A DNA stretch of 64,000 nucleotides, taken from an uncultured Pseudomonadota bacterium. Lineage in GTDB: Bacteria; Myxococcota_A; UBA796; SXON01. The notes beneath the pieces were generated by a model. That model did no database searches. It saw nothing but the letters and a program-made list of their open reading frames with translations, and was not told the DNA's origin. Positions 61,356 to 64,000 of this stretch are shown here, piece by piece; within the stretch, counting starts at the first letter, position 1; every line of letters starts with the position of its first letter. Position numbers and translations under genes: made by a program. The stretch is from positions 166,217 to 230,216 of the forward strand of contig CAIQVJ010000019.1 of the NCBI GenBank assembly GCA_903875225.1, written 5' to 3'.

Positions 61356-61826
61356 CTACTCCTGATCCGCGGCCTCTGCTGCGACCTCCCTGGCGGCCTC
61401 CGGGTCCGGCTTCTTGATCCCGCTCTCGTCCTTCGGCTTCGCGATCTTGGGTTGGATCCTGCCGTCCGAGATGTCCCGGATCCACTCCAGGATCCGCCGC
61501 GTGTCGCCCGCGTCGATGGTCTCGCTGTAGGCGGGCATCTTGTCCTTCCCGTTCCGGACGACGCCGGTCATGGCGTCGAGGGTGGCGGGCGTGATCGCCC
61601 CTTTCAGCGTCTTGACGCCGCCGAGCGCCGCCGCGAGCGGGCCATCGCCGAGCCCTTTCGGACCGTGACACGAGGAGCAGGACTGTGCCCACACGGTCTG
61701 CCCGGTCTCCTGGTCTGTCGGACGCTTGGTGGGAACGGTCGAGTTGGAGTCCGCGGCGATCGCGAGCGTGGCGGTCGCGAGTGCGGCGGACACGGCCGCG
61801 GCGCGTGCGAGGGGGCGGAGCTGCAT
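61356..61826 (-). CDS. Secreted mono-haem c-type cytochrome (class I) with charged C-terminal tail
   Basis: An internal ATG gives the signal peptide MQLRPLARAAAVSAALATATLAIA. It has a CSSCH haem motif and a distal KDKMPAY methionine. The stop lies 1 nt before the next gene's start. Confidence 0.85.
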   Translation of the reverse strand: MQLRPLARAAAVSAALATATLAIAADSNSTVPTKRPTDQETGQTVWAQSCSSCHGPKGLGDGPLAAALGGVKTLKGAITPATLDAMTGVVRNGKDKMPAYSETIDAGDTRRILEWIRDISDGRIQPKIAKPKDESGIKKPDPEAAREVAAEAADQE

Positions 61827-62563
61827 CACTTCACCGAGATCTGGACCGTCTTGAGCATCACGTCGGAGAGCGGCTTGTCCTGGGCATCCCTCTCCGCGTG
61901 GGTGATCTTCTTGATCACGTCGAGGTCGTCGCAATCGCCGAAGATCGAGTGTTTGCCGTTGAGGTAGTCTGGCGTGCCCTCGGTGATGAAGAACTGCGAC
62001 CCATTGGTGTTCGGCCCGCTGTTGGCCATCGCCAGGATGCCCGGGTGATCGAACAGCGAGTGCTCACCCACCTCGTCGTCGAATTCGTAGCCGGGACCGC
62101 CGATTCCCTGGCCGAGTGGATCGCCGCCCTGGATCATGAACCCCGGGATCACGCGGTGGAAGATCGTGCCGTCGTACAACCGCGCAGTCGTCTTCTTGTT
62201 CGTCCGCGGGTCGTTCCACTCCTTCTCGCCCTTTGCGAGCTGGACGAAGTTCATCACGGTCTCAGAGGCCTGCTCGTGGCGCAGGGTGCAGTGGATGTCC
62301 CCGAGCGAGGTCACGAAGGTTGCATGCAGCTTCTGGTCGCCGTGCAGGCCGAGCGACGCGAAGAGCGCGGCCTTGCGGGCGCTCTCCGCGGCCGCGGCGG
62401 CCTCCCTCACCTTCGTGGTGAGCGCGTTGTTGTCGGACTCCAGGCGCTTGTTCGCGCGCTCGAGGTCCGCCACCCGCTGGGTGAGGTGTGCGTTCTCGTC
62501 CAGGGTCGCCTGATCCTTGCAGCCGGTGAGGCCGAGCACGAGCGCAAGCAGGGGAAGGGTCAT
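61826..62563 (-). CDS. Cyclophilin-type peptidyl-prolyl cis-trans isomerase lipoprotein with N-terminal coiled coil
   Basis: An internal ATG gives MTLPLLALVLGLTGC. FHRVIPGFMIQGGDP, LAMANSGPNTNGSQFFI and HSIFG blocks are present. TGATG junction with the cytochrome gene. Confidence 0.9.
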   Translation of the reverse strand: MTLPLLALVLGLTGCKDQATLDENAHLTQRVADLERANKRLESDNNALTTKVREAAAAAESARKAALFASLGLHGDQKLHATFVTSLGDIHCTLRHEQASETVMNFVQLAKGEKEWNDPRTNKKTTARLYDGTIFHRVIPGFMIQGGDPLGQGIGGPGYEFDDEVGEHSLFDHPGILAMANSGPNTNGSQFFITEGTPDYLNGKHSIFGDCDDLDVIKKITHAERDAQDKPLSDVMLKTVQISVK

Positions 62564-62690
62564 CGGAGCTCCGAGCGGGGTCGGGCTGGCTAACGCGCGC
62601 GAACCGGGGGTGTCGCCGGACCCTGCGGCCGGATCTGGCCGTGTCCCCCCCGGCTGTTTGTGATTACGATTCGCACCTCGGAGCTCCCCC

Positions 62691-62912
62691 ATGACCGTAC
62701 GCGTCTTCCTTCGCCAATCGCTCTTCTCCCAGAAAGGGGAGCACCTCCCTGCGACTGCCGTGATCCTCGAGGGAGAGCTCGTCGAGGTGCTCCCGCTCGG
62801 GGTGCGGGTAAAGGTCTCGAGGTGGATGGACGAGCGCGGCAAGGAGCTCACGGCAGAGCCCCGGGATCTGTTGATCCCCGACTCGAAGCTCGACCACGTC
62901 TCCTATCGGTGA
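62691..62912 (+). CDS. Small hypothetical protein (73 aa)
   Basis: GGAG lies 6 nt upstream of the ATG, and the composition is coding-like and less Arg/Pro-biased than shadow ORFs. I recognise no family. Confidence 0.35.
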   Translation: MTVRVFLRQSLFSQKGEHLPATAVILEGELVEVLPLGVRVKVSRWMDERGKELTAEPRDLLIPDSKLDHVSYR

Positions 62913-62927
62913 TGTGTCGCCGGGAAG

Positions 62928-63659
62928 GTGAAGGGTCGCGGCGCACACCCGCCGCCGCGCCCCGACGCTGCCTGCAACGGGGGCGCTAGCGTGCTGCTCC
63001 TCGTCCTGGTCGGATGTGCGCACCCGATCGAAGGCGTGGTCACCTCGAGCACGGGCGGGCCGGTCGTCGGTGCCCAGTTGGCGTCTCCGGGCTGTGACGC
63101 CGTCACCGGGGACGACGGTCGGTTCACCGTGCAGTGTGACGATGCGCCGCGCACGTTCCTGGTCTCGCACCCGGCGTACCTCGGCGCCCGGGTGGATTGG
63201 ATCGCCGGGCCGCTGGAAACTGTGCTCACGCCGATCCCCACCGACCCCGGCGTCTATGTCGCGGAGGGAGCCTCGTTGACCCTGCTTGCGCCCGTTGCCA
63301 TGCAGCGCACGGGCGACGACACTGCCGGCTGGAGGTTCTGCCTTGCCGCAGATGGCCCGGCTGGGGCCAGCGTCCCCCCGGGTGACGTGCGCCTGCTGGA
63401 CAACCACGACGTGGACTGGCGACTCTTCCCGGTCGGGGCTGACGGCTGCATGTACACCCTGCAGCACGGAAACGGGGAGTGGTGGACCAGCCCCTCGACG
63501 GCGATCCTGGTCACCCGGAGCAGCGAGCTTGCAGCAGGGAGATCGTGGCTCCAGGTGCATCTCGAGGTGGGTGAGTATGCACTGGTGGACTGGTACGCGG
63601 GCAGCCCGGTTCCGACCCGTGGAGGGGGCTATGGCGCGAGGCGGTTGGTGGTGAGGTGA
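62928..63659 (+). CDS. Lipoprotein with N-terminal carboxypeptidase-regulatory-like beta domain
   Basis: VLLLVLVGC lipobox (the true start may be GTG at about 62990). IEGVVTSSTGGPVVGAQL...TGDDGRFTV resembles a CarboxypepD_reg-like fold motif. Confidence 0.55.
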   Translation: MKGRGAHPPPRPDAACNGGASVLLLVLVGCAHPIEGVVTSSTGGPVVGAQLASPGCDAVTGDDGRFTVQCDDAPRTFLVSHPAYLGARVDWIAGPLETVLTPIPTDPGVYVAEGASLTLLAPVAMQRTGDDTAGWRFCLAADGPAGASVPPGDVRLLDNHDVDWRLFPVGADGCMYTLQHGNGEWWTSPSTAILVTRSSELAAGRSWLQVHLEVGEYALVDWYAGSPVPTRGGGYGARRLVVR

Positions 63660-63724
63660 GCCGCGGGTGGGAGACCTCCCTTTGACCGACCAGAAAACCC
63701 GCTGCTTCGGGATAGCGCAGCCAG

Positions 63725-64000
63725 ATGAACACCGCCATCTGGTTCGTCCCCGCCCTGTTCCTCACGCTCTGGGTGCTCGCCCAGGCCAAGACATCGCGAC
63801 CGGATGGCACGCTCCAGAAGATCCATCCGTTCCGACGCATAATGCACTACATCATGCCGACCCGGTCCGAGTCCGTGGTGTTCTACGACGCCTACGTGGA
63901 CGCCGGACGGCTCATCGAATGGCTCGCGCGCGTCAAGCCGTCTGGCGCAGACATGACACATCTCACGCTGGCGGCCGCCAACATCGCGCTGGCGATGACC
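63725..64000 (+). CDS. 3'-truncated gene; the N-terminus resembles stand-alone 2-oxo-acid dehydrogenase E2-type acyltransferase-domain proteins
   Basis: The ORF from ATG 63725 is open to the window end (92 codons; it is absent from the ORF track because it has no stop). It has an N-terminal TM helix, then KIHPFRRIMHYIMPTRSESVVFYDAYVD. The family call is from memory only. Confidence 0.55.
   Translation, partial: MNTAIWFVPALFLTLWVLAQAKTSRPDGTLQKIHPFRRIMHYIMPTRSESVVFYDAYVDAGRLIEWLARVKPSGADMTHLTLAAANIALAMT

Overview
This is a very GC-rich bacterial chromosomal segment; third codon positions are almost all G/C, and long antisense shadow ORFs cover most real genes. I support about 58 protein-coding genes. 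I found no rRNA or tRNA, no transposase, integrase or phage genes, and no CRISPR array. The gene content suggests a myxobacterium-like (Myxococcota/Polyangia-type) genome, but that is inference only. The supporting features are many lipobox lipoproteins with Asp-Thr linkers, an AgmX/PglI-type C-terminal domain, a sigma-54 activator, CotH, FG-GAP and Ig-repeat surface proteins. Layout by region:
- 1-4.1 kb: tyrS (5' truncated), a methyltransferase, a 5 x 51-bp tandem repeat, a lipoprotein, a hypothetical protein and an aldo/keto reductase.
- 4.1-10.5 kb: a 1451-aa Ig-repeat surface lipoprotein carrying an internal 1074-bp tandem duplication, divergent from a CotH-family lipoprotein.
- 10.5-19.4 kb: housekeeping genes and lipoproteins (DUF4287, coaC, an alpha/beta hydrolase, an aminotransferase-like protein lacking the PLP lysine, purC, rsmD, coaE).
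- 19.4-23.9 kb: a GTP-derived cofactor island. It holds folE2 fused to an XRE HTH domain, divergent from queD, a J-domain protein, ribE, and a RibB fused to a degenerate RibA domain.
- 23.9-29.7 kb: an NtrC-type activator, sppA with a beta-barrel-like N-terminal extension, and dacB.
- 29.9-42.4 kb: a 10-gene, translationally coupled envelope cluster. It encodes three TPR proteins, a small secreted protein, one MotA/TolQ/ExbB protein, two ExbD/TolR proteins, a TonB_C/AgmX-PglI-type bitopic protein and an outer-membrane (OM) beta-barrel. The gene order matches the Glt/Nfs (gliding/sporulation) machinery of Myxococcus with the Agl-type motor embedded. This is the most interesting system in the window.
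- 42.4-64 kb: ftsK, an orphan rplC, two hypothetical membrane proteins, ubiB, a 4-gene Opp/Dpp-type ABC importer and mscS. Then come an FG-GAP propeller lipoprotein followed 2 nt later by a signal-less Omp85-like barrel, and a minus-strand operon (cyclophilin, cytochrome c, Thr-type sulfatase-like enzyme, EF-hand/(GGP)n lipoprotein). Small lipoproteins and a 3'-truncated E2-like acyltransferase gene close the window.
All calls come from reading the translations and DNA by eye. No database search or computation was run.
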